Positions 29,775-39,515 of a stretch of DNA of 64,000 nt are shown piece by piece. Numbering within the stretch: position 1 is the stretch's first letter; each line of letters opens with the position of its first letter. Made by a program: the position numbers and the translations under genes. This stretch comes from Verrucomicrobiia bacterium (lineage in GTDB: Bacteria > Verrucomicrobiota > Verrucomicrobiia > Limisphaerales > UBA1319): assembly GCA_963664225.1 (NCBI GenBank), contig OY760937.1, positions 4,896,001 through 4,960,000 of the forward strand, given 5' to 3'. The notes under the pieces are model-generated. The model searched no databases, was not told the origin of the DNA, and saw nothing but the letters and a program-made list of their open reading frames with translations.

Positions 29775-32066
29775 TTAGGGCCGCTTCCCACTGGTTTGAT
29801 TTCCCCTTCCAGATGAAGACGAGCCTGGCGACGTTGCCGGCCGCGGTGATGGACTTGGCGACATGGACGGCGCCGAAGAACTCCGGGCCGGTGGCGAAAA
29901 GCTGGAAGCCGGCGGCGCCGATGAACGCACCGGCGCCTGCTGGATTTGGCGGACCGGAGCGGACTCCATTCGCCGCACCGCAGGAGCTGAAACGCTTCGG
30001 TTGACGGGCGCCGGAGACGGCGCAGGAGTGTATTGCGGTGTGACCGGGTTATAATGAATCCCTTGCGCCGGGAATGTCGCGGGCGCGCTCATCGGCGTGG
30101 GCGCCGGGTTGTAGGTATTCACGGAGCGGACAGTTTCGGCCGGTTTTGAAACGGCGGGCGAGTTTTGATTGCGCACGGCCGGCATGGGCGCGGACAGGCT
30201 GGGGGAGGCGGCGCTTGCCGGAGTGGTCCATGCAGGGGCGCGTACATTGGACACAGGCATTCTGGGGGATGAATCCACCCGTCCGCCGATCGGCTTTGCA
30301 GTCGTCGCAGTCGTCGCAGGCGTCGTCGGCACTGTTCTGGCCGGTTCCGCAATCGGCTGGGCTGCAGGAGTGCGCTCCGAAAAAAGTTTGCGTTGTTCGA
30401 CCGCTTTGGGCGTCGGTGCAGCCATTGGTGTCGGCGCAGCCATTGGCGTCGGACTGCCGGAGGTCACGTCACGACGGCCCACCGAAGGATTCCCCATGTT
30501 TTGCGGTTGGATCGCCGCCGGTGTTGTGGAAGGACGACCAACAATGGACTTTGACGTGCCGATTTGAGGTTCGGCGGCGCGAGGCGTGGAAATGGGGCGG
30601 CTTGTGCCGGGGTTCGCAATGGATACGGGCGGGCGATTGTTATCCGCGCGTTTTGGTGTCAGCGCAGCCACGGCCGGAGGCGCTTGCTGTGGATTGGGCC
30701 GGTAAATAACGGTGTCCTTGCCGCTTCTTTCCGTGCGGTCCGGACGGACCGCATGAGCCGATCCAGGAGGAGTGTCGCGCACAGAAACCTGCCGGATTTC
30801 GCTATGGGTCGCCGCGCTGATCCGGTCCCGGCCTATGCCTTCGTTAAAGGCGTGGCCACCCGGACCCTTGTGATAATTATTGCCAACGGTGGTCTGCCCG
30901 TAAATGTCCCTTCTGTGATCCCTTCCGACAAAATGCGAATAGGGGTTGTGATCGTAGAAATGACCCAGCGGGATAAAAGTGTAGCATTCGAATCCCAGGC
31001 CAAAATCGAATCCGATTCCCACACTCCGGCCATGATACCTCCAACCACGGCCGCCGTCCCAATAGGCTCCCGGGGGCAGGGGTGCCCAGCCGCAATAACC
31101 CGAGGAATACCGCCAGGAAACCCACGAGGCCCCCCATACGGTATCCGGACACCAGACCCAGCCGTAGCCGCCATGCCGGAACCACCGTCCATAATGGAAC
31201 GGAGCCCAGCCCCATGAGTAATCCGACTGCCAATACCAGCCACAGTCGGTGTAAAGCCACCTTCCTCGATCGCTATAAGGCTGCCAGTTGGAATAGGTGT
31301 TCACCACGGTGGGTTGCCAGCACCAGCCATAATCATCGACCTGCATCCACGTCCCATACGGCGACAGGGAACTGTAGAAATAATTCACCGTCACTTGTTG
31401 TTGCGGCGGCGCCACTTCTGTTCCGGTCACCACCTGGGTTTCGGGAACAACCGGCGGCGGCGCGTTCTGCATCACCTCTGTGGCGGGCGGCGAATTCCCT
31501 GCCATGGCCGGCGCGTTGGCCAATGTGTTCGGAGCGCCAATGACCACGGTATTCGAGGGGGTTGCTGAAGGGGCGGGCCCATCTTCAAGAACAGGGGTCG
31601 CGGGCAGTTGTGTTTGTGTTGGTTGTGTTGGTTGTGTATTGGAGGCGTTTTCCGCCGCCTTGCCGGTCATGTCATGGCCGTGCTTCAACAATGCCGCCAC
31701 CACTTGTGGCGAGATTCCAATGTCATTAAGATAAAGAATTTCCTCCACAGACGGATCGTAAGCGATGGGCGAGCGTTCGATAAACGCCAGAATGACCGAC
31801 TCATCGACGTCGGCCTGGGAAAGCTGGATGATTTCCTCCAATCCCGGCGATGTGACGACTCGCGCAGGCTCGATGCGCACCACCGGTTTTGCAGGAGCGT
31901 TGGTTGCAGGGGAATTGGTGATCGTCGTGCTGGCGCTTACAACGTTGGTGACCAAGGCGTTTTCCGCGGAATTCGTCTTTTCACCGTCGCTGGTGCAGCT
32001 TGTCAGGACAGTCGCAGCGGCAGTCAGAATCGCACATTGGAACCGCATCGAAGATAGATATTTCAT
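29775..32066 (-). CDS. Lipoprotein with DUF6600-like Trp/Gly/Tyr-rich domain and long Pro/Ser/Ala tail
   Basis: Lipobox VLTSC; FY..LSPYG.W, WQPY..GRW, WGWAPFHYGRW, GWAPLPP. Confidence 0.8.
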   Translation of the reverse strand: MKYLSSMRFQCAILTAAATVLTSCTSDGEKTNSAENALVTNVVSASTTITNSPATNAPAKPVVRIEPARVVTSPGLEEIIQLSQADVDESVILAFIERSPIAYDPSVEEILYLNDIGISPQVVAALLKHGHDMTGKAAENASNTQPTQPTQTQLPATPVLEDGPAPSATPSNTVVIGAPNTLANAPAMAGNSPPATEVMQNAPPPVVPETQVVTGTEVAPPQQQVTVNYFYSSLSPYGTWMQVDDYGWCWQPTVVNTYSNWQPYSDRGRWLYTDCGWYWQSDYSWGWAPFHYGRWFRHGGYGWVWCPDTVWGASWVSWRYSSGYCGWAPLPPGAYWDGGRGWRYHGRSVGIGFDFGLGFECYTFIPLGHFYDHNPYSHFVGRDHRRDIYGQTTVGNNYHKGPGGHAFNEGIGRDRISAATHSEIRQVSVRDTPPGSAHAVRPDRTERSGKDTVIYRPNPQQAPPAVAALTPKRADNNRPPVSIANPGTSRPISTPRAAEPQIGTSKSIVGRPSTTPAAIQPQNMGNPSVGRRDVTSGSPTPMAAPTPMAAPTPKAVEQRKLFSERTPAAQPIAEPARTVPTTPATTATTAKPIGGRVDSSPRMPVSNVRAPAWTTPASAASPSLSAPMPAVRNQNSPAVSKPAETVRSVNTYNPAPTPMSAPATFPAQGIHYNPVTPQYTPAPSPAPVNRSVSAPAVRRMESAPVRQIQQAPVRSSAPPASSFSPPARSSSAPSMSPSPSPRPATSPGSSSSGRGNQTSGKRP

Positions 32067-32296
32067 AACAGGCCCCGTCACTTTAACTCACGGACTGTGT
32101 AACTGGAATGTAACAGGGAACACGCGCATTGCCAATCCTTATGACCATCGACTTCGTATTCCAAACAGTACACTCTCATCACAATACTATAGACCCATTC
32201 TTGGGAACGGTTATTCATAAGCCTCGGGCGTCGATGTGCGGCGGCGAGTTACTTTTTTTGTTTCATTAGCATCAGGTTGTTGTAAATCCTTGTGGT

Positions 32297-34723
32297 ATGA
32301 AGCCAATTCTTAAAGGCCTGGCCTGGGTCGTGGTGGCGGTTTTGGGGGCGGGATCCTATGCAACACTGGCGTTGCAGCGGGGAGAACAGGTCAGTTCGGC
32401 CTATATCATCATCGCGGCGGTTTGCACTTACGCCATCGGGTACCGTTTTTACTCCAAGTGGCTTGCGGCCAGTGTGTTAACCCTGAATGACCGCCGCGCA
32501 ACCCCGTGCGAGGCCCATGACGACGGCAAGGATTTCGTCCGCACCAATAAATGGATCGTGTTTGGCCACCATTTTGCGGCCATTTCCGGGCCTGGACCAT
32601 TGGTGGGACCGGTGTTGGCCGCCCAATTCGGTTATTTGCCGGGAATGCTCTGGATTTTGATCGGCGTGGTGCTTGGAGGCGCGGTGCAGGATTTTGTGGT
32701 CTTGTTTTGCTCCATACGCAGGGATGGCAAGTCGTTGGGCCAAATGGTGAAAGAGGAATTGGGCTCCACCGCCGGGGTGGTGGCCCTGACCGCCATTCTC
32801 GCCATTTTAACGATCATCCTCGCCGTGCTGGCCTTGGTGGTCGTCAAGGCGCTCGCGGAAAGCCCCTGGGGCGTGTTCACCGTCGGCGCCACAATCCCGA
32901 TCGCCATGCTCATGGGAGGTTATCTGCGTTACGGTCGGGTGGGCAAGGTCCGGGAAGCGACCGCAATGGGCGTGGTGCTTCTGTTGCTCGCAGTTTGGGG
33001 CGGAAAAATGGTCTATGGCAGTCCCGCCTGGTCCAATATCTTTACGGTCGAGGCGGAACCTCTGGCTTGGGGCATCATCCTGTATGGGCTGGCGGCCAGC
33101 GTTCTCCCAGTCTGGCTTTTGCTCGCGCCCCGCGACTATTTGAGCACGTTCATGAAGTTGGGAACGATTTTTGCCCTGGTCGTTGGAATTCTGCTGGTGC
33201 TTCCCCGGCTTCAGATGCCCGCCTTGAGTCAATTCATCGATGGTTCGGGACCGGTTGTTGCGGGGAAATTATTTCCATTTTGTTTCATCACGATTGCCTG
33301 TGGTGCCATCTCGGGCTTTCACGCGCTGATCGCCAGCGGCACCACGCCCAAGCTCATTACGCGGGAATCCTACGCCCAGCCCGTCGGTTACGGCGCCATG
33401 TGTTTTGAGTCGCTCGTGGCGATCATGGCCCTGATTGCCGCCTGCACATTGGAGCCGGGGATTTACCTCAGCGTGAACATCAAGGGCGCACCCGCCGATA
33501 CCGTGGCCATGGTGAATCAATTTGGATTTCCGGTGACGGTCGCGCAGATGGATCAACTCGCCCACTCGATTGGCGAGAAAACGCTTTTTGGCCGGACGGG
33601 TGGCGCGGCTACGCTGGCGGTGGGCATGGCCAAGGTGTTTTCGCAATTCGTCAGCGGGCGGGGCCTGGATTTGTGGTACCACTTTGCCATCATGTTCGAG
33701 GCCTTGTTTATTTTGACCACGCTGGACGCGGGCACCCGCGTGGGCCGTTATCTGCTCCAGGACGCCCTGGGGCATGTCTGGAAACCTCTGGGCGATACGC
33801 GCAAAATCAGCGCCAATGTCTTTGCGAGCCTCCTGGTCGTTTCAGGCTGGGGCTACTTCCTGATTCAGGGCGTGCGCGATCCTTTGGGCGGCGTCAATTC
33901 GTTATGGCCCCTGTTCGGCATCGCCAATCAATTGCTTTCCGTCGTCGCTCTGGCGCTGGCCACCACCGTTATCCTGAAAATGGAACTGGTCAAAGGCCAG
34001 GGAAACACCGGAGCCAAGTCCAGACCCGCGCTGGCCTGGGTGGTGCTCGCGCCAATGCTCTTTTTGCTGGCCGTCACCACCACCGCCGGTCTGGATAAAA
34101 TCTTCTCCAGCGATCCACGCATCGGTTTCCTGGCCCAGGCCCGCGTGTTGGACCGGCAATTGCCCGCACTGGAAAAAGCGGTCGCCGACCAGCAGGCGTC
34201 CGTGGACAAAACCGGACTCGCCGCAGCGCAGAAAGCCGTCGTGGTCAACCGCAGTTTCCATTTCAATCAAAGTCTGGATGCGGTTGTCGCGGGGATTTTC
34301 CTGGTGTTGGTGGTCCTGATACTGGTGTTGAGCGTGCGCGAATGGATCCTCCTCCTGAGCCGCCGGCGCATGGCTGTTTTGCACGAAGCCCCCATGGTCT
34401 GGCTGCCGGAGGGTGTCCTGGCGAACAGTTCCCGCTCCGGCGCTGCCATGGGCGCCTGCGCGCTTCTGATCGCCCTCTCGCGTGAATTATCCGGTGAGGC
34501 CCAACTCGCGCGCGCCCAACAGGCCGACCAAATGCAAGCCGCCGCGCATGACATGGAATCCGTGCTCGCGCGCGCCCGCTCTTCTGGCGGATCCGCACTC
34601 CTTCCCGGGCCGGTCCGGTTGCTCAACGCGGATACGACCGAACAGCCCCCCCTGAATCAGGATGCGGCAACATACGTCCGGTTGACCGAATCCCGCTTTA
34701 AGGGTATCAACCGGTGCTGTTGA
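32297..34723 (+). CDS. cstA: Carbon starvation protein A (pyruvate/peptide transporter) with fused YbdD/YjiX-like C-terminus
   Basis: GHHFAAISGPGPLVGP, APRDYLS, IACGAISGFH, TTLDAGTR, LWPLFG.ANQLL; ends ...RFKGINRCC. Confidence 0.92.
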   Translation: MKPILKGLAWVVVAVLGAGSYATLALQRGEQVSSAYIIIAAVCTYAIGYRFYSKWLAASVLTLNDRRATPCEAHDDGKDFVRTNKWIVFGHHFAAISGPGPLVGPVLAAQFGYLPGMLWILIGVVLGGAVQDFVVLFCSIRRDGKSLGQMVKEELGSTAGVVALTAILAILTIILAVLALVVVKALAESPWGVFTVGATIPIAMLMGGYLRYGRVGKVREATAMGVVLLLLAVWGGKMVYGSPAWSNIFTVEAEPLAWGIILYGLAASVLPVWLLLAPRDYLSTFMKLGTIFALVVGILLVLPRLQMPALSQFIDGSGPVVAGKLFPFCFITIACGAISGFHALIASGTTPKLITRESYAQPVGYGAMCFESLVAIMALIAACTLEPGIYLSVNIKGAPADTVAMVNQFGFPVTVAQMDQLAHSIGEKTLFGRTGGAATLAVGMAKVFSQFVSGRGLDLWYHFAIMFEALFILTTLDAGTRVGRYLLQDALGHVWKPLGDTRKISANVFASLLVVSGWGYFLIQGVRDPLGGVNSLWPLFGIANQLLSVVALALATTVILKMELVKGQGNTGAKSRPALAWVVLAPMLFLLAVTTTAGLDKIFSSDPRIGFLAQARVLDRQLPALEKAVADQQASVDKTGLAAAQKAVVVNRSFHFNQSLDAVVAGIFLVLVVLILVLSVREWILLLSRRRMAVLHEAPMVWLPEGVLANSSRSGAAMGACALLIALSRELSGEAQLARAQQADQMQAAAHDMESVLARARSSGGSALLPGPVRLLNADTTEQPPLNQDAATYVRLTESRFKGINRCC

Positions 34724-34766
34724 CGTTGCCGGCCATTACTTAGTCACATACATCATTACAAACACT

Positions 34767-35351
34767 GTGCATTCATTCGGTAGAATAGGTTTATACGGAG
34801 GATCGTTTAATCCCGTTCACGCGGGGCACTTGCTCGTGGCCCAGGCGGCCCAGGAAGAGCTGCAATTGGACCGGATATATTTCGTCCCCACCGCCCGCTC
34901 GCCATTCAAGCCGGACCAGCATCCCGCTCCGGACGCCTTCCGGCTGCGCTGGTTGCGTCTCGCCTTGGCGGGCCGCCCGCAATGGGAACTGGACACGCAG
35001 GAAATTTCACGCGGCGGCATTTCCTATACCATCGACACCGTGCGCGACTATCGGGCGCGCTTCCCGGCGGTTGAGTTGTATTACCTGATCGGCGCCGATC
35101 ACCTGGCCCAATTGCCTAAGTGGCGGGACGCGGCCCAACTCGCCCAACTCGCTCAGTTCGTGGTTATTCCGCGCCCCGGTCAGACGGCGGCCCTCCTGCC
35201 GCCACCCTTTCAAGGCAGACTGCTAAAGGGGTTTCCCATCGCCGTCTCCTCGTCCGAAGTGCGGGACCGGGTCAAAGCGGGTTTGCCCATTGATTTGCTG
35301 ACGCCCTATGGGGTGGCCGCCGATATCCGCAACAATGGGCTTTATCTTTGA
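34767..35351 (+). CDS. nadD: Nicotinate-nucleotide adenylyltransferase
   Basis: GGSFNPVHAGH, SYTIDT, IGAD, SSSEVR; GTG start. Confidence 0.93.
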   Translation: MHSFGRIGLYGGSFNPVHAGHLLVAQAAQEELQLDRIYFVPTARSPFKPDQHPAPDAFRLRWLRLALAGRPQWELDTQEISRGGISYTIDTVRDYRARFPAVELYYLIGADHLAQLPKWRDAAQLAQLAQFVVIPRPGQTAALLPPPFQGRLLKGFPIAVSSSEVRDRVKAGLPIDLLTPYGVAADIRNNGLYL

Positions 35352-35376
35352 CGGCCAATGCTCCACTATGGGGGCG

Positions 35377-35817
35377 ATGGATTCAAGAACACTCGCCCGG
35401 CTATGCCGGGAATTTGCTGAGAATAAGAAGGCGGAAAACGTCGTCGTGCTGGACGTTCGCAAACTGACTCAGATGACGGACTACTTCGTCTTTGCCACCG
35501 GAAGCAGCGTTCCTCATGTGCGCGCCATTGTGGATGAAATCACCGAAAAGCTGCGTGACGTGCATCATACGCGCGCCCGCGCGGTGGATGGGATCATCAG
35601 CAGTTCATGGATTGTGATCGATCTTTCCGACGTGATTGTCCACGTCATGCGCGAGGAAACCCGTCAGCACTATGACATCGAGGGTCTCTGGAGCGATGCC
35701 CCCAAAGTGAAACCCGCGCCTGCAGGCCTTCCCCCGGCTCTGAAAGAGGCCGCGACTCCCAAGAAGCCGACCGCAAAGAAAAAGAAGACCGCGGCAAAGA
35801 AATCCCCGGCCAAGTGA
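35377..35817 (+). CDS. rsfS: Ribosome silencing factor RsfS/Iojap
   Basis: KKAENVVVLD, DYFVFATG, W.VID..DVIVHVM, Y.IE.LW; follows nadD. Confidence 0.93.
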   Translation: MDSRTLARLCREFAENKKAENVVVLDVRKLTQMTDYFVFATGSSVPHVRAIVDEITEKLRDVHHTRARAVDGIISSSWIVIDLSDVIVHVMREETRQHYDIEGLWSDAPKVKPAPAGLPPALKEAATPKKPTAKKKKTAAKKSPAK

Positions 35818-35979
35818 TCGGGCCGATTACGGTTTGACGCCAGATCGACGAAGACGGACGCCCTGTTTTTGGTTCTTGGGACTCAAGACCAAACAGGCGC
35901 TCCGCAGAGAGGCCTTCCGCAGAGGTTGGAGGAGTTGAATTCGAATTGGATTTCGCAACAGAATGCTGTTCCGGCGCGC

Positions 35980-36276
35980 TTACTCGATCTCGGGTTTGGG
36001 CGGATTTTCTTCCGACGTTTTGATCATCCCTTCAAGCGTCGTTTTGAAATCCTGCAACCCTGTTGCGGGAACAATAATGGCATCCCGACGCCCGTTGACA
36101 TCCTCAGTGATGCGCAGGAACCGTCCGCGCGGGTTTTCCTTCAGGGTGAATACAAAGGTCTTTCGTTCGATTTGAACCTTTTCCGTCTTCAGCGTCTCTT
36201 CGGCCACAGCGGGCTTTGGCCCCGGTGTGGAGAACGGACGATTCCCATACGGCGATGGACGTTCATTCGAAATCAT
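35980..36276 (-). CDS. Single-repeat PUR-alpha-like (PurA family) ssDNA/RNA-binding protein
   Basis: KTF.F.LKEN.RGRFLRITE...RRDAIIVP. Confidence 0.8.
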   Translation of the reverse strand: MISNERPSPYGNRPFSTPGPKPAVAEETLKTEKVQIERKTFVFTLKENPRGRFLRITEDVNGRRDAIIVPATGLQDFKTTLEGMIKTSEENPPKPEIE

Positions 36277-36354
36277 ATTTTGCCACTCAGTTAACCATAT
36301 TCCCTTACCTCCTACACTTGTTCGGCACGCCTGCCGGTTTGTCAAATTTCTATT

Positions 36355-36912
36355 TCAAGGGTTGCTGTATTTTGAGCGGGGAACGAACCGCGGACCTGAT
36401 TCGCCGGGCAGCATTTTGTAGAGATGGAACAAAGTGCCGCCCATCACCAGGAGGTTCATCACCATGGAAATACCGTGCAAAACGCGAAAGGAATGCCGGG
36501 CCTGCTCGACTTGCTGAACGGTCACCCGTCCGCCGGCGCCGTATTGAATGCGGTGGTATTTATGCAGCTTCGGCTGGATGACCATCCCTCCGATCAACAC
36601 CAGCGCACAGAGACCGAAAACCACATACTTCTGAACGCTCTGTCCTCTCATTCCCGTGTAGAGCCAGTCCGCCAATAGATGCAGCAGCGCAATTCCCCCG
36701 CAAATGTATTGAACGACGAAATAACGCTCGAGAACGATCTGCGCCATGGAACCCGTGTAAAACCGCGCCACACTCTCGTTTTGGGCCGCGCCAAATAACC
36801 CCAGGGCTTCCGGGGTAAAAAAAGCCGGTCCCACCGCGAATGTAAAAAAAACGGTGGCGCCAAACCAAAGTGCGGCGTTCAGGCTGCCAACAAGTTTTAT
36901 TATGGAGGCCAC
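36355..36912 (-). CDS. DUF4149/TMEM205-like membrane protein
   Basis: W.G...FF.F.V.P..F; four TM helices; F..LHG.S...N. Confidence 0.75.
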   Translation of the reverse strand: MASIIKLVGSLNAALWFGATVFFTFAVGPAFFTPEALGLFGAAQNESVARFYTGSMAQIVLERYFVVQYICGGIALLHLLADWLYTGMRGQSVQKYVVFGLCALVLIGGMVIQPKLHKYHRIQYGAGGRVTVQQVEQARHSFRVLHGISMVMNLLVMGGTLFHLYKMLPGESGPRFVPRSKYSNP

Positions 36913-37024
36913 GCCGTTACTTTAGAAAAAATCACAAACAATGCCAAGCGCATATTTGGTGAGGGCCGCATGATAAAACTCACCGGGGGAAACCCACAAG
37001 CCTCGAATAAACGCGGACCCTCGT

Positions 37025-37054
37025 GGTAGGGCGTGCAGTCCTCTGCGCGCCGCC
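37025..37054 (+). repeat. REP family B palindrome
   Basis: GGTAGGGCGTGCAGTCCTCTGCGCGCCGCC; copies at 24765, 38585 and 38786. Confidence 0.8.
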
Positions 37055-37145
37055 TTGGATCTTTCCACACAACCGTCCTTCCGCGCATTCTGCGGACAAA
37101 CCTTTTCCCCATCCTGTCAATGATCTCCGAAGCATTTCCCATTCA

Positions 37146-37336
37146 GCGCCAGATCCTCCGCCATCGCACAAAATTCCCGAGCCAAAACACTATTTTCTTG
37201 CCTTTTAAGCAATACCGGGTTAATCTCTGCAAAAGGCCACCGGTAATCCGGTTTGTTTTCGCTGTCTGAGTTTGAGATGATAAATACTGGGGGGGCGGCA
37301 CATGATGAGCGCAAAAGTTACCATTCAACGTTGGGT
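37146..37336 (+). promoter_or_regulatory. Array leader copy 1: sigma70-like promoter plus attI-like core
   Basis: TTGCCT-17-TAATCT (37198-37226); ends AAAAGTTACCATTCAAC-GTTGGGT (GTTRRRY); homologous to 39224-39424. Confidence 0.6.
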
Positions 37337-37422
37337 TGCATCTGTTGGATTCCGCATGTGCGTTTGTTTCCCGTATTCTTCCGGCACGCTGCTTTTGTCG
37401 CATCGGGATGGGTATGGCAAAA

Positions 37423-37492
37423 TTGGCCCTGTCCGTTCCGCTGTCGCGGTTCACATCGCAAGTCCGCGGTCGTTCAGATTTCTGCATTAGTC
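37423..37492 (+). repeat. Degenerate attC-like site 1 (left end lost)
   Basis: TTGGCCCTGTCCGTTCCGCTGTCGCGGTTCAC...CAG...ATTAGTC. Confidence 0.6.
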
Positions 37493-37545
37493 GCCGCCAC
37501 ATATCCTTTTCAACCACAAACAAACAACCACAAACAAAGAAACAT

Positions 37546-37881
37546 ATGAGTGGATATTACGAACTCAAAACAACTGCGACCGGCAAGCACATGTTCAACC
37601 TCAAGGCCGGAAACCACGAAGTCATACTGACCAGCGAAATCTACGAGTCCAAAGAGGCCGCCCTGAATGGCATCGCTTCCGTCCGAACCAACGGTCCCCA
37701 CGAAGCTTCATATGAGAAGAAGGTGTCCGTCAAGGGCGAGCCCTACTTCGCCCTAAAGGCCGCCAATGGCCAGACCATTGGCAAGAGCGAGATGTACACT
37801 TCAGAGGCGGGGCGGGACAATGGCATTGCGTCCGTCAGGAATAACAGCCCCTCCGAAAAGGTGGTCGAAGTGAAGGCCTGA
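37546..37881 (+). CDS. YegP/DUF1508 family protein (cassette)
   Basis: Two repeats of F.LKA.N...I..SE.Y......NGIASVR.N. Confidence 0.9.
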   Translation: MSGYYELKTTATGKHMFNLKAGNHEVILTSEIYESKEAALNGIASVRTNGPHEASYEKKVSVKGEPYFALKAANGQTIGKSEMYTSEAGRDNGIASVRNNSPSEKVVEVKA

Positions 37882-37974
37882 CCCGTCGGCGGAACCAGCC
37901 GCCCTTGGCCCTGTCCGTTCGGTTGTCCCCGTTCACGTCTCGATTCGGCGTTGACTCAGCTTTTTACGTTAGTC
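37876..37974 (+). repeat. attC-like site 2
   Basis: GCCTGAC...GTTAGTC, 99 bp, overlapping the YegP stop codon. Confidence 0.75.
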
Positions 37975-38016
37975 CCCGGAACCAACCGGCGAGTGCGGTG
38001 TTCTTAATCACGTAAT

Positions 38017-38403
38017 ATGCTGAAAATTTTAACATTCGCCTTCGCGAGCATCCTGTTTCTGGCGGCATGCGACCGGGACCGCGGCACTGCCAGGCAAAGC
38101 GATTCCACCAATTTGGTGGACTGGGGTGTGGTCGAACTTTCGGTGAGCACTCCGAAGCGTTTGAGTCTTGGCGAAGGGAAGGACTGCACCATCACGGCAG
38201 TATCTGCCACGAATGGACATCTGGAAATCAGGATTGAAACAAAGGAAAAAATCGCAGGTGGGGATTTGCCGCCAGGCGTTCCCCTTGGAACCTCCTTGGA
38301 GAGCACCAAGACGATGACAATGACGGTCCCGTCTGGGGGCCAGCTTATGACGAGCATCGGGCTAAGGCCGGTTCGATTCACGCCCATACTTAAGGGGCCG
38401 TGA
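38017..38403 (+). CDS. Hypothetical lipoprotein (cassette)
   Basis: Lipobox FLAAC; starts about 40 bp after attC-like site 2. Confidence 0.7.
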   Translation: MLKILTFAFASILFLAACDRDRGTARQSDSTNLVDWGVVELSVSTPKRLSLGEGKDCTITAVSATNGHLEIRIETKEKIAGGDLPPGVPLGTSLESTKTMTMTVPSGGQLMTSIGLRPVRFTPILKGP

Positions 38404-38410
38404 TATCAGC

Positions 38411-38490
38411 GGCAACCAACAAACCTGCTGGTGGCGACGCCGCAATTCTGGTGCGGTTTCAAATGCGCCGCGATGCCTGAACGCTTGATC
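38411..38490 (+). repeat. Possible eroded attC-like site 3
   Basis: AACCAAC just after the stop, then GC-rich arms; right core not recognisable. Confidence 0.35.
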
Positions 38491-38553
38491 TGCCGTACCG
38501 CATAAACGATCCTGAAATCAGCGCACCGTCATGGGTGTTTTCCACACTCCTGA

Positions 38554-39200
38554 ATCCTCTCTTCGCGACCACCATGACATGCGTGGTAAGGCGTGCAGTC
38601 CTCTGCGCGCCGCCCGTCCAACCCACGCCCCCGATATTCAATTGGTAGGGCGAGGCTGCCGAGCCATCTCTGCACCCTTGCATCCCATCTGCCTCTACAG
38701 GGGCCAAATATTTCCCCCATCCTGTCCATCCTGATATCCATGTTAATAGCCCATATCCTCTCTTCGCGGCCATCATGACACTCGCGGTAGGGCGTGCAGT
38801 CCTCTGCGCGCCGCTCATCCAACCCACCCCCCCCAATGTTCAATTGGTAGCGCGAGGCTCCCGCCGAGCCCTCTCATTCGTCGTCCTTGTCGAAGGATTT
38901 CTCGGCATCCTCCTTGTGGTTGGGAATTTCAGGGGCAATTACTCCGGGCAGCATCCCGGCAGGGATGCCAGCGATTAGCCGGGGGTCGAGGTCGTCCGCG
39001 ACCGACACCCCCGGACACGCACCACAAACGAACACGATCCCGGCAGGGATCGCAGCCCCTTTTCAATGAGGGCGTGTGTACTCGCCTGCGGGTTATCCGG
39101 TCGTCCCCGTCCGGTGAATCGCATCAAAAGCTCCATAGGAGCGCCACGTTTATAGAAATCGACCAACCACGAAATTCAAGCTCCAGAGGAGCGGCATTCT
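38554..39200. repeat. Cluster of several REP-like/palindromic repeat families, including a tandem duplication with a 200-bp period
   Basis: Units start at 38554 and 38754 (each REP-B then REP-A); ATCCCGGCAGGGAT x2; AAGCTCCA.AGGAGCG x2. Confidence 0.8.
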
Positions 39201-39223
39201 TAAATCAATCCCCTTCGTGACCT

Positions 39224-39424
39224 GCGCCACATCATCCGAAATAACACAACAAATTTCCCCGCGCCCAACCACTATTATCTTGCTTTACAAGGCAATACAG
39301 GATTAATCTTACCGAAAGGGCACCGGCAACCCAATATGCTTCCGGTAGCTGAGTTTGAGACACTAAATACTGTTGGCCTGCATCACACGTCTTGTGAAAA
39401 CCCAAAAGCCATCCATTGTCGGAC
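39224..39424 (+). promoter_or_regulatory. Array leader copy 2
   Basis: GCGCCACATCATCCG, CACTATTATCTTGC, TTGCTT-18-TAATCT, CTGAGTTTGAGA...TAAATACTG and CAAAAG...CCATT all match copy 1. Confidence 0.6.
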
Positions 39425-39436
39425 TTCGCGACACCT

Positions 39437-39502
39437 GCACTTGCTGTTCCGCTGTCGCGGTTCGCGCCGCGAGTCGGCAGCGGCCCAGTTCTGGCGTTAG
39501 GC
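39437..39502 (+). repeat. attC-like site 4 (left end lost)
   Basis: GTTCCGCTGTCGCGGTTCGCGCCGCGAGTCGG...CAG...GTTAGGC. Confidence 0.65.
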
Positions 39503-39515
39503 CACTCGGCATTTT

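Noticed and set aside
34715..34730. Selenocysteine read-through at the CstA tail
   Set aside because: The ORF ends TGC TGT TGA with both cysteines encoded, and no SECIS-like hairpin is evident.
37117..37165. Possible integrase N-terminal remnant (MAEDLALNG) divergent from leader 1
   Set aside because: Only 15 codons, and not conserved at protein level in leader copy 2.
37230..37330. Known riboswitch (TPP, c-di-GMP, guanidine) in the array leader
   Set aside because: CTGAG is present but the other diagnostic motifs are missing; no family could be matched by eye.
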